A stretch of DNA of 64,000 bases from the NCBI RefSeq assembly GCF_964355755.1, contig NC_092671.1:39504304-39568303 (forward strand). The letters are read 5' to 3'. This stretch comes from Antedon mediterranea. Its lineage: Eukaryota; Animalia; Echinodermata. The position numbers and the translations under genes were made by a program. The notes under the pieces were generated by a model. It did not search any database and was not told the origin of the DNA. It worked only from the letters and a program-made list of their open reading frames with translations. This document shows positions 24,579 to 38,300 of the stretch, in pieces. How positions within the stretch are numbered: position 1 is the first letter of the stretch; each line of letters opens with the position of its first letter.

Positions 24579-26169
24579 ATGGCTAGTTGTGGGGGAAATC
24601 CTTTTGTGGTGGATGATAGTGCAGAGCAGCAAGTAGTAGGGAACAACAACCCTTTTGAAGATGTCAATTCTAGTCAAGAGAATAGGCCTACTCCTACTCC
24701 TCCAACTAATAGACCTGTCCGACCTAATCAACCTCCAAGACGTTCTCCCTCCCATGTGCCTCAGTCATCAAATTCAGTATCTCCATCCAATCGGCGAATA
24801 TCTGTACCCACACCATCATCTGCGAGTGGATTATTTGGGGGCGCTTCAGCTGGTGATCAAGATGAATTTAGTGAACGTTTTCTAACGTGTACAATCTGTT
24901 TAGAAACGTATAATGAAACACCAAAGCTGTTACCGTGCATGCATTCATTTTGCTGCGGTTGTATACAAAAGCTTGCGCAGGACAAGCGTAAGTTTGCTTG
25001 TCCCGTTTGTCGAAGAGAGGTACAAGTCCCTAAACAAGGAGGGGTTGATGCTTTACCAAATAATATTTTCGTTCGGGATCTAACAGATTTTCTGTCGGAA
25101 CAGCCGAATCGGCCGAGAGTAAGCTCAACGGCGCTAGCATCGGAATCGTACGGTGTAACGCAAAGACCTAGAGCTCGTACAAACGAGCCAAAAATTGATC
25201 GCCACGCAAGCGGTAATATATTCCAAAGGGCTGTAATTAGACTGAAGCTGCAATTTTCGTCAAAGAAAAGGCGGAACTGTCAATACCATTCCGAGAAAGA
25301 ACTTAAATACTATTGTAGCACGTGCAACATTATTGTTTGCAAAAAATGCATAAGATTTGAACACGAAGATGGCCACATAATATTGAATTTGAGTTCCGCA
25401 GCCGAGGACCGTCTTCGTGCTATTCATTCTTTACTTTCTGAAGCAGAATTGAGAATCCCGCCCTTAGAGCACGGTTGCAACGGTGTCCATGCACAATTGC
25501 AAAGTCTCAAAGAACGACACTCTGCCAGCAAGTCTCAAATAAAAGATGCATTTGAGAGCATTAGGTTGGTATTGCAGCAACAAGAAAATGCTTGTTTAAC
25601 AAAGGTAACACATTTGTTTTTTCTCTTTATTTAAGAATCTTTTTACTAATTCTATTTTACAGGGGTGTTCTGTAATATTACATTTGTCAAATTTGAATAG
25701 CATCATCATCGTAATTATTGTAACCTAGCCCTATTCACACTTGACTGACGTCACTGTGTGTTTAATATAAAATTGGTTTCTTTGGAACTATAATATGCAC
25801 AAATTCGAATTCAGGCTTAGACACTGCTTTAATATTTCTGTTTATTTTCAACAGCTTAACACGCAATTTCAACGAAAGAACGGTGTTTTGTCTGCACAGT
25901 TGAACAACCTTGATCTGCAATTGTCCACGATAAAGAGCGCCTGCATGTTCACCAAACGCACGGTAGATGACCTCAAAAACGCTGATTATGAGATGGTAGC
26001 CATGAGCTTTCAGTTATCAGCACGTATTGAGGAAGTTCTTGCGATGCAAACTCCAGATCCTATCAAACCAGCCAGCGATGATTTTCTGAAAGTTAACCAG
26101 AATGATGAAGGAATAGAGAGCGTTCAGGGCTTGATTAAAAACATGGTGTCTGTTGAAGACACTGTATAA
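24579..26169 (+). CDS. Tripartite-motif (TRIM/RBCC) E3 ubiquitin ligase, ~446 aa, TRIM2/3/45/56-like RING, no C-terminal domain
   Basis: Exons 24579-25604 (donor gtaaca, phase 0) and 25855-26169 (acceptor ttcaacag, stop TAA). RING CTICLETYNETPKLLPCMHSFCCGC...CPVCR, B-box2 CQYHSEKELKYYCSTCNIIVCKKCIRFEHEDGH, then coiled coil. A candidate AATAAA lies near 27872. Confidence 0.9.
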
Positions 26170-27153
26170 TATTTAAACCCAAAAAATCAGCTTGAAATAC
26201 AATAAATTAAATAAGATAATTTACAATTGAGTATATTGTGCCTAGAGCAGACAAATTAACCAGATATATACAGCTAAATAATAAATATATATGTACTAAT
26301 TATTTTTAATGAATCATGACTGAATTAGTCATCTATAGACTGTTGGCATGAAATCATTTTCACTTAATAATATTTTAATGAAACCGTATATTAATACAAT
26401 AATATGGTAATTGGACATTTATCCATTGTTGTGCTGACCTTTGACCTAACTCTTATGCAAATATACAGTTAGTACCACTCTTTGGGATGTAGTAATCAAA
26501 TTTCATATTGTTAGTTAAGTAGTGATATCTTTGTTTTGTATTTGTACTATACTACTATTTAATACTATAGTAAAAATATATTATATAACAACACAATGTA
26601 TTGTAATACTCTTGGACTATCCTAAGTGGTTTTCAAAAACGCACTCTTGTTTTGGACAGTTCTTGTTACTTTTGAAGAATTAATTATTTTTAGCTAAATT
26701 TTATTAGCAAGATATAAGGCAATGATAAAGGTGCTTATTAAAATTTCTAAATTTAATATGCAGTAATGAATTAAAAGGTTAGAAATGTCCTAAGAATGCT
26801 ATAAATTAATCAATATATTATAATGTTACAAATAAAAAATGTTCTAAAAATTAATATGATAGTCATCACTGTGTTGAAATATTAATGTACAGAAAAACTA
26901 TCAATATTATTATACTTTGGTAGTCTTACAATATAAATGTGAACTTTAAATGGAATTAGTTTATATATTAGTTAATATAGCAGCCTATTAAGGGGACACC
27001 TTTAAGGGTACACCTTCTATTAAAGGGACACCTATAAGGGAACACTTTCGGAACCCTTCAAAGTGTCCCCCGAAAAGGGGTTTGCTTGGGTGTATATCTT
27101 CCTCCTTGTTTGTTCCATAGGAAAGTGTCCATTAAGAGATGTTTCCTAAATAG

Positions 27154-27415
27154 GGGTGTACCAATGGGGGTGTACCAATGGAGGCGTTCTAAGTGGTGTA
27201 CCAATGGGGATGTACCAATAAGGATGTACCAATAGAGGCGTTCTAAGTGGTGTATCAATGGAGGCGTGTACCAATGGGGGTGTATCAAAAAGGCGTGTCC
27301 AATGTGAGGCGTGTACCAATGGGGACGTGTACCAATGGGGGCGTTTACCAATGGGGGCGTGTACCAATGGGGGCGTTTACCAATGGAGGCGTGTACCAAT
27401 GGGTGTGTACCAATA
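27154..27415. repeat. Degenerate ~17-20-bp GC-rich minisatellite downstream of the TRIM stop codon
   Basis: Repeated GGGGGCGTGTACCAAT-like units, preceded by AGGGGACACC subrepeats (26990-27070) typical of non-autonomous DNA-transposon arms. Confidence 0.85.
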
Positions 27416-29387
27416 GACACCTTCTACTCTATTGTTAACACAGTATTATTTATGTATAAAAAGTACATAAATATATAGTAATATTTGTATTAACATTTGT
27501 TGTAATTTATTCGTATAAAATAATAATTGTTTTACTTTTTAATGTTAGTACAGTACACCCTTTTTTTTAACTGACAGCATTTTCCAAGAATAAAAGATGT
27601 GGTTTATATTTAATCTAAACAGGAACTTGTTAGTATCTTAGTGTGTTACTCTAATCTTAGTAATGTAATGATTTTAATGATATATTTAAATCGAGTTCTA
27701 CTTTTATGTGTCAATTTATTCCAAATGATTTTAGTATTATTTTTCCATCCATAGCAATTGCATTATGTGTGTTAAGTTGATTTTATTTAAATTATATTTT
27801 ATTTGAGATATTTATTTATGTACCATGTCTATGCATGTGATATATGGTTGCTAATATTTTGTTTTGTGAAGAATAAAGTATCATTACACAATAGATTGGT
27901 GGTCGTGTTATGTGTGTAAAGCTCTGTCTACACTATTATCAAACTAATTCGAAAAAAAAGTGTGATGTGCCCCGCCCCGTTCAACTTTTTTGTTTGTGAT
28001 TGTCGAAAGATTGAAAATAAAAAAATAAATATGACATCATTATGTCCATATATGGGCACATCACATTGTTTTTGTCACATAACGTTTGATTGTGTAGACA
28101 GAGCTTAAGTCAGTCTTTAAACTTATTCAAACAATAATAAACATTAATTATTTGCCAAGATCGAGAGTCACGTGTTTGTGTAAAGCTCTGTCTATACTAT
28201 CAAACTTTATGTGACAAAAAAATGTGATGTCATATCACTACCGTATTTGGGCATATCACACACGCTTGATAGTGTAGACAGAGCTTTAAGACAACATTAC
28301 AGAAGATGAATACTATGGGTGGTGTGTGTCAAAGGGTAACCGATAAAATCGACGATGATTATGAAACGACGACGATATTTTAATTGATCTAAGAACGGTC
28401 ATTATTTGCCGATAACAACGACGGCGATGTTCGTTCGTATTCCGATAACGGCGATTACAGAATTCGTATTGACCGATAACGACGACGATAAACATTAGTA
28501 CCGTCCCGACGATAATACGACAAGGACTATAGTATTTGTATTACAAATATTGCAAACAATTATCATTTCGTATTGCCGATAACGACGATGGTGATTTTTT
28601 GTCCGAATTCTTAACGTTTAAAAAAATACGAAGGCGCGCTTATTTCCTTATTGAAACAACTACCTGCTTACTTCCTTTTGCATAATCTATATTTTAAATT
28701 TCTTTCCTTGTTATTCTCATATTTTGTTCATTCACTCATAAACAATATTTTCCTTACAAAACATAAATAAAACATTTCCCGATACGCACACTAAACATGT
28801 TTGGGTTTTTTGTGGTGTTTGATAATCTTATATATTTATAGATATTATACTGTACTGTTTAGTTAATAATACATCTATAATAAAAATATTCACTTATAAG
28901 AAATTCTTGAATTCTTAGTTCTGTCACAACATATTTAATTTAATTTTCAGTATCATTTTTTCTATCCAAATTGTAGCATTGATCGATCAAATAAGCCTTA
29001 TTACATTTTTTAATCTCTATAAAATATAATAGTTGTGACTATTTGTTTAGCCCTTCCCATAATTTAGTATGTTTTTATTTATGTTAATAATTTATTTTTG
29101 GGCAAATATAAAAGAAACACTGTAAAACAAGTACTGTACTCATGTGAATAAATGAATGGCCGTATGGCGCCCTCAATTGATTTGATATTAAAAACGGAAA
29201 TTGTAAAAACCTCCTAAAAGTAGTCAAATTTGTTTCAAAATCAGTTAAGAGAAAAGTTGCACTAATGATGTCAATTCGCGTATTGCTATATATTTATAAG
29301 TCATAGATTTTTTTTTAAATATAGTCGGATGAATAGCATTATTGTTGGATGAATAGCATTATTATCGGATGAATAGCATTATTGCAT

Positions 29388-32300
29388 ATGATGGATTCAC
29401 TGAAAGGACTTTTGTTGATTCTAAGTTGTTGTGGATATTTTAATATTGGCACTTGTCAGAGTTCTTCTTTGGATCCAAATGGACCGAATGTTTGCCCGTA
29501 AGTAGAACGTTTTTGTGTGGCACATTTATTTACGTGTACCTCTGATTGGCAGTGACGTATTCCTCCTAATTCTTGCTTTTACTCTTTACAGGGCACTATA
29601 GTGCCTATAATTAGTAGTCACTTACTCCTATATCACAATTTAACACAGTTTACTTTTACAACAAGACGCGCTTTCCCGTACTTAAAGCGTGGTTCCCACT
29701 AAAGCTTGGTTCCCACTAGAACGTAACGCAAGGACGTAAACGCAACACAAGCGTGTTAACCAATGAAAAGCGAAGTTATAGACAGTTAGCAATCACAAGC
29801 GAATAAGCCATCGCTTGTGATTGGTCAATTCACTTGCGTTGCGTTACGTCATTGCGTTGCGTCGCTAGTGGGAACCACGCTTAAAATCAATTGCGTTGCG
29901 TTACGTTCTTACTTGCGTTGCGTCTCTAGTGGGAACCAAGCATAAACATAATTGTTTTAATTTAATAAACACTGTTTATTATTTAAATTTACTGTATTGG
30001 TGAATATTGACGGCATATCTTAGTTGACAGTTTAACACATATAGGGAAACAATTAATTAATTTCAATATTCCTGAAAACATTACAATTAAAACAACAACC
30101 TAAAGTATGGTACTCCCCTTGCAAACAATTATATTTTAAAATTGTCCAGATACTCCATAATTATAATATAGGCCGTAATCTATCCTAAAAAAGTAACTTT
30201 AAAATAGGTTCGATTTTATTCGTAATATTTTTATGGTCTTATTTTGTTTATCATTTGATATAGGCCTAGGCTAAGTTAAAGACAAGGCTATATTTCTGAA
30301 AATCCAAAAGAAATCATTTAAAGAATGTTAACTCTGTACAGTATGTTCGCTTTACGTATATTTGCCTAATTCGTGATAAATACTTTAAACTATTGGTCAA
30401 TTAAACCATATTATAGCTTCTAATAAAAGTCTGGCAGGCTTATAAACTAGCTCAAGTAACTTTCTAAATCTCACACCTTTATCTCGATGACATTTCTAGT
30501 TTCCTTTCTCTGGTTTGTGAAGCAGTTAGGTCAATTAAGGTCAATTAAGCATTTGCAAGATAATGGCCAAGATCTCAAAGATCCCTGGCTGTCAAACCAG
30601 TCGATGTGGATTCTCGCCAATTTTCATAAATTCTCTGTAGCAGTTAACTAACAAAAGTGTGGCTTATAATTTGTTCACTAATCTATAATTAGTACTGTTG
30701 CTAACGAACTTGCTCTACAACTGAATCTACAATTAATTGCTTTCCTTTTAGTACTTATTTCATGAACGTTGTGAAATTGTTTTCATAGATTTTAAAAATA
30801 ATTGTAAGTATTTCAAATATTCAGAACAAGATGTTAGTCTTATAGTTCTAAGCTATTATTGGTTTATTTCCATTTATCATCCATTAATTGCAATAGTATA
30901 AGAATAACAAATTATTACGCGCGCGCACAAAAGCCGTACGATTTTAAGCAGAAATTGAACGCGCGCGTCGATTAATTCCTACATCAATATTATCAGCTTT
31001 AAAATAATATGAATTATCGTGGCAACATTGAAGGCTCCAAAATCTGCCAAATTAGCTCCTGTATATAAGCTACTATCGTATAGACCTTGAATTTGTCACT
31101 ATATCTCACTTCACACAAGTTTATCTTTTGAACTTAAATCCTATACGAATTAAAGATTGAATCGTCATTTAATTTGGTAAGGGTATACGTATCCTAAAGG
31201 GGAACTGATGTTTGACACTCTTGTCAGACAGTATCCCCAGGGACCTCAGACAGTATCCCCAGGTACCTCTCATCTTGCAAGAAAAAACAGCATTTGTATT
31301 AGTAATACCAACTAGTTTGTATTAAAGTATACGATTAAGTGTTAAATGTAATTTCGGTATTGTCTCTCTCAGGAGAGAGAATGTACGAAATGTTGAAATA
31401 CTTATTTACAGTATAAGCAAATTCAAATGGTGTACGACAGTACGGAAGATGTTAGGCTACAGTAAATAGTGTGCTTATAAATAGTACAGTTATAAACAGA
31501 AGACTCAAGGTACCAGACTAGAAAGGTGAAAGAAAGCACATTATAAAGAAGCGGATTGGACCAGGAATGAATGAATTCACTCTTCCCTAATTGGACTGAA
31601 CAAAACACAGAGAAAACAGAGAGTATAGAAGAAGCGTTGTATGCAATCTCTATTGAAAAGAGGCGCGCTTTTGATCAGAAAGAAGTTTCATCAAAATGAT
31701 GAGTCGATGTTTGCTGTTCTTGGTGACACATCAACGACGTATAGCCGGTAGCTCGTGTACAATTAAGAACCGTATTAATAAAGGAAATTAATAACAATTA
31801 ATATATTGATAGTTTATACACCTAAGCACGACAAGATACTGCTGTGTATATGTAAATGTTGTTCCAGGTTCTACAAAATAAATAATGATACAATCTTTTG
31901 TAAAGAATCTCTGTTTGAAATGTGTGGAAAAAAGTTAATTCAAAGAAAGATAACTAATAATCTATGTACATTTTCTTTCACGCCTGCTCCATCGGGCTCC
32001 GTTCGGCATTTAGGTGTGAAAGATGTCGTAATAGATTACAGTTCTATACCGTAGTTGATAGGCGTAAACACTTGTAAATAAAAGGTAGTTGAATATTATA
32101 TATTTTTTTTAAAGGAAGACGTTTGTGAGGAAGGAAAAGCTTCTCTAAAGTTTATTCGTCAATAAGCTTGTATTGATTAGGATCATTATCCAATTCCAAA
32201 AAAAAACCCAACATTATTTAAAAGCTGTCTCAAAACCTGTAAAATGTACGTCATTCTAGTCACTTCAGCTTTCATTCAGTTACTTAACCTAAGTTGACAT

Positions 32301-35300
32301 AAGCATGCGACACGGGAGCTGATGACGTCAGCAGTTTCGCCTAGATTGTCAAGTGAAACCATCGCGACTAGATGGCTCAAAAAATGATCCTAATAAACAT
32401 CATGCCAACAACTTAAAAAAAGGTCTTATTCTCGATGCTTTGTAAGCATGTTAGTGTTGTATTATTAATTATTAAACCATTTGTAATAAGTACATACTAA
32501 ATAAATACTAAGTAATCGCGTATCACGTTTCAGTCTTTCCGTTTCTTGAGAGTGTCCTTAAACGTAATCAAATCATTTAATGAACACATTTAAGCTGTTA
32601 AATGAGACAGCATTAAAATGGGAAATGCATATAAACTTGGAATTAAATTCAGACGTGAAAACTGAAATGTATGTGTAGGCCTAACTGTGATGCAAGATAA
32701 GGAACTTAAGAGGTTTAGCAGTGCCTGGCAGTAGCAATGATTTTAACATGGGCGTGGATCCTGCCGCATTTAAAACTTAAAATATAAATTAATATATTAA
32801 AATAAAGTAAATACGAAAGTAGGAATTAATATATTAAATAAAGTAAATACAAAAGCAGTAATTGTTTCAGTTTAACAAGTTTATTGATGTTGCGATACCC
32901 AAAAAAATATTCGGATGCGACCCAATACAATTTCTCTGAATTTATTGTGTATGTTTATTTTATGTAATCAAAACTTTGACCTAAACTGAATGAATAAATA
33001 AATGGACGAAAAATTGGTTGCTACTTTGTATGGCCAACTTACCCAAATACATAACCGAATCGCTAACAATAACACATTTCTCATTTAAGCTAAAAAAGCA
33101 TCTATTATCAATCCACATACAATCACTGAATTCTAAATAATATTAAATCAAATTTCATTGATATTTTCAATGGGTTTCATTTATTTACTTTAAAAAAAAT
33201 AAATAAAATTGTACCTTATTTTTTGTTTTAGGCATCCCTTCCCAATTTTTCGCTTTTTGGGTTTCGCCGCTCTTATTTACAATTAATGTATCACAAACTT
33301 TGTACATTGAAATGAAAAGAGAGATAAACGTTATAATAAAATAATAATAATGGATGAATATGTTAATATTTGTTTTTTTATTACAGATACCGTCGCTCTT
33401 ATACAGTGTACACATCTCGTACCGTATCATACCTCTCACGATGCAAGCATCAGTGGAGAGGCTATGTCTACTGCACGAAAACCAGGTAAGCCTTATGTTT
33501 TAATTTAGCCTTTTCCTCTATGTTGATTAAAATGCAATTTTAGATTTCTACGAATGTGACCTGACTAATTATGAAAGCGTCAGTCTGTCTGTTATTTCTA
33601 TTCCACATTTAACATGCTACTTTTAGTTCAAATTTAGCAGCATCATCACCACATCATGAGATGGTTAGGTTCACAGCCATTTTTACAGCTTCGTAGAGTT
33701 TTCTCCTAAATTATAGTTACATTAACAATGTGTTGGCAGTAGGCTAAACAAAAAACGTTCACTTGTTGGATTGAACAAAAGTAGGCTACCTTACAGGCGT
33801 CTGTCTCTGGTGCCAGGCGGCACGGACACAGACATTCTACTTATTTAGAACATTGAATTTGAATAATGTGTAAAGGTCTTGTAGAATTCGTGTGGAGAAG
33901 CTCCTTTCCTTTTCATGTTTTATGTTTTAGTACTGAACATTTTTTTAAACTCATGCTCTTTCTCCTTTTATTATTATTACTCGATAATATTGTATGGCAA
34001 GGGTTTTCATGAAAGCTTGTTTTTCGTGTTCAGTTAAGCTATGTCTATACTATCAAAAAAGTGTGATGTGCCCAAACATGGTAGTGATATATCCAAATAT
34101 CGTAGTGATATGACATCACCATCTCCATATATTGGCACATCACATTTTTTTTTGTCACATACAGTTTGTTAGTGTAGACAGAGCTTAATAATTTCTTGTA
34201 TATCTGAAAAATTAACTAACACCACATTACGAAGAGTAAGCACACATGCTTACCACCAGCAAAACATTCTTAATCGTGTACTTTAGTTGTTAATTATTTT
34301 TACACAGACTGCTGGCTTACGAACGCAGTTGTGTTTACTCGCCTTAGAGGTCAAAGCCTGGGGGATTCCGTTTTAAATCGTGTTTAATCAATTGGCGGAA
34401 ATATAGATAATCAAGTAAACCATTACTGCTATGGGCTGAAAAATATATGTTACGATTGATAATACGCCACAGTTTCCCTGGTTAAGTTATTTTGATTCAT
34501 TCAATAATCCTATAATGTGTAGCTTAGATTGAATTCAAGATAATTCTGTTTCAATAATTGCTGTGCTCCAGTATTAAAAAAAATTGTTTTTAAACGGGGT
34601 TTCTTGTGCCAAAACGACATTTTGTAATGGTGTTACCAAGTCCCATGGAACGCCAAGAGAGCAACCACTCTTAGTTACCTAATATCTTATTGAACGCCAA
34701 AAGGGCAACTTACTTATGATACTATTTTTGTACAAATGTATGGAACACAAAAGAGCAACCAAACTGTTAGTTACACAATGTCTTATGAAACGCCAAAAGG
34801 GCAACTAACTGTTGATACTATATTAGTGTACCAATATATGGAACACCAAATACCAACTGGTTACCAAATGTCTTATGAAACTTGCCAAAAGGGCAAATTA
34901 CTTATGATACTATTAGTGTACAAATTTATCGAACACAAAATAGCAACCGAACTCATGGTTACCCAATGTATGATGGAACGTCATAATACTGTCAATACCC
35001 ATGAAATTGAACGATATGCCTACCAAAGTCTATGAAAACACCGATACTAAAAAGTAAGCCTACAAGCAAAGATCAATTTCTCTCTCATCAAACCTACCAA
35101 TCAGTAAAGAATACTAGAACGAAATGTCACAATATTTTAGAAATAATCTAACACAGATTACACATGTTTCTGTTCAATATCAATTTGAAAATATTTCATC
35201 AGTGAATATTATAATAATTATAATAATAAACAGTTTGCAATGTCTTTCAGCAAAGGTCTTATCTAGATTTCCTCAATTATTTCACTTTTACACAAAACAA

Positions 35301-38300
35301 AATGCATTGACGTCGTAATGGATAGCTTTTCCTTTTTTATGTCGACACGAAAAAAAGTTATTGCAGTCAACCAATAAGTACCCGTTGAATTGATTACTTG
35401 GTGAACAACAATGTATTCTTTACATACATTCTTTTTACGTAACGTTACGTCGACAGGAAAACAGCCTTTAAAACTCGTCAGTGGTATCAACACTGATTTA
35501 GAATTTACTATTGTAGGCCTATCGCCTTTCGAATACCGGTAACTGCCACGACCATAAACATTTGTTGCCTTATTCATTTGAATTCTGTTAAAATATGATT
35601 TTAGCAGATGATTACTTATGATTTTTTGTAGTCTGCGTCTCAGACGGAGGTTTGAAAAAAAAGATCACTATTTTGGCACATATGGCGTTTCATACGTATA
35701 CTACTTGAGCTTGTAATTTCAGACATAAATCGAAATTTAAACAAGAAATATTTCTTACAAAAAACGCTGCTCGCTTATTGAAAAATATTTTTTATTTTAA
35801 ATGTTTTTGAATCACATAGGCCTAGGCCCTAATAGTTATTTTACCTGAAAAAATGTAATTTAAAGCAACAAATACTTAAATTGTCTGTCAGACAATGGTT
35901 TTTGGGTTTATTTTCTCATTTTATATGTGAATAAAATATTTTTTTGTTACAGAAGTGAATACTCAATTTCTGTCACTTTAGTTAATTTTATTGCTAAGGT
36001 CAAGTCTGGGGGTCACTTCATCACCCTAGATATTTCAAGTGTGAAGTATCCTATTACAAACACAAACTTTAATGGACTGTTTCGATAATAATTCAATGAA
36101 TATCTGACAGTGAATTACAGTCAAAAGTCAGTATTACAGTCAAATGGGACTCATAAATACCAAAAATGCTTTGGGATTTGTAATTTTAGCACGACATGTC
36201 CTAATAGACTCTTTTCCCAGACGTTTTTGGGTCTAGCAGCTGGAAATCTATAAATTATAGTGGACTTTCCATTTTCGCAAAACTGTCGTCCTTAGAACTA
36301 TAACTGCTGCTTGATTTAGCTTCTGATTGAGTAGTCCTATGGGACGTAGCGGGCTAGAGCAGCAGCGTGAAAATATAAAAAAGACAATAAATACAGACTT
36401 AGGGCAAGTCTAGAACTGGTGTAAATAAATAGCTTTCGCGTTGATACAAAGTTTCTTATTGATTATGTCCGCTGTGGTTTTAGCTGACTAAAGCCGCGGC
36501 GCGAAAAGACAATAAATATAGACTTGGATCAAATCTAGAACTGGTGCAACAGACCTCCTTTCAATTTAACAATCCTACGCGATTGACTTAAGTATTCAGG
36601 GTGAAAGTTTAAATATTTTAATTTCACTTAATTCAAAACAGCTTATTAGTTTTCAATCATCGGTCAAAGTGTTACGAATCGTTGAGCTACCGCAGATATG
36701 ACGAAACGAAACACTCTGGTCAGCAGCAGTCTATTTGCGTTAAGCCTTCATTGTTCGCGTGACTATCAGAATTTTGTAAAAACGCTAATAAATAAAATAT
36801 GAAAAGCTAAAAGAAAACTGTTCCGGTATAAATTTGTATTAAGTGAATTTTACAAAATGCAAGCTTACAAATACTAAGTACTGCTTTCATTAGTAACCAT
36901 TGGTTTTTTCGTATCACGGTTTTTAAGGCTCTGTCCACACTATCAAACTAGTTTGACAAAAAAAGTGTGATGTGCCTAAATATGGATAGTGATATGCTTT
37001 AATATGGTAGTGATATGACATTATCATGTCTATATATGGGCACATCACATTTTTTTTGTCAAACTAGTTTGATAGTGTATACAGAGCTTAAAACTGTGAT
37101 ACGACAAAACCAATGGTTACTAATGAAAGCAGTACTGAGTTTGTGTGAGCAGGGAGTTGTGAGCTTGTCGTCACACAAGGTTTGATAGTGTAGGCTTTAG
37201 TCTTCCACGAAAAAAAAACAAAACAAAAAGGAATGGTCACACAAACCTGGAATCCACAAAAAATATTTACTTGATTGTACGTAATTTATGTAACAACCGG
37301 TTTATTATTTACATTTTCTTCTAGGCCTATAACATGAGAAACGAATTTCCTTTGTAAATTCACTCGGGACAAATACCGACAGAAGTATCAAACAAGTTAT
37401 GCGAAGCGTAATCTGAGCCATGCCCACACATCCCGGCGTTGTGTGCTTAGATAACGTTTTTGTGAGGGCGGATGCTTTTTGAAAGAAACAACGTTATAAT
37501 CATATACGTTTAATGTTGTTATATCTTTAAAATGTAATCTAGACATTATTGTATATTAGTGTATATAACAGTTACTTATTTCATGATATATTCTTTACCA
37601 TTATAGATATTATGAATTATTCACGTTATTTTGTGGAGGTGGGGTTTGATGTTCGAGTTTTTAAGCTCTGTCAACACTATCAGAATTTGAACGCGCGTGT
37701 TAATATTTTCTCAACGCATAAATGTAACTCTAAATCTCTGTCTATAACTATCAAACCATGAAAGAGTTAAATCAAACTTTATGTGACAAAAAAATGTGAT
37801 GGACACGATGACGTCATATCACTACTATATTTGGCCACATCATACTTTTTTTGGTCACAATTTGATAATGTAGACAGAACTTTCCTCTCTGTAACGTTAA
37901 CTTAAACTTGTACTTGTAACTGTTAGGAAGGTTGAAGTCATTAAAACAACATTATGGCCTAATACGACACGACAAGTGAACCCCAACACAGGTTTCGATA
38001 GGAACAATTAATTATTTCTATATTCGGGTATTGATAATTGGATACAGCACTTCATAATAACGGGACTTCTATAAAAACTACAACATATTTATTCATAAAA
38101 ACTTTAAATATTAACAACTCAAATGTCTCTGGTCACTATCTAATATTATTTTTACAACCATGCTAAAGGAAATTAATTAGAATTTAAAGCAGATATAGGG
38201 TTGTCTACTTTCCTTGTAATAAATATATTCATTTGAGACACGTAACAGATTAAGTACGGTAATTAATTTGAAAAAAAAAGTGCACACAGGAAAAATCAGA

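Noticed and set aside
27058-27438. HWYTP-repeat ORFs on both strands
   Set aside because: Products of a GC-rich minisatellite; no splice or domain support.
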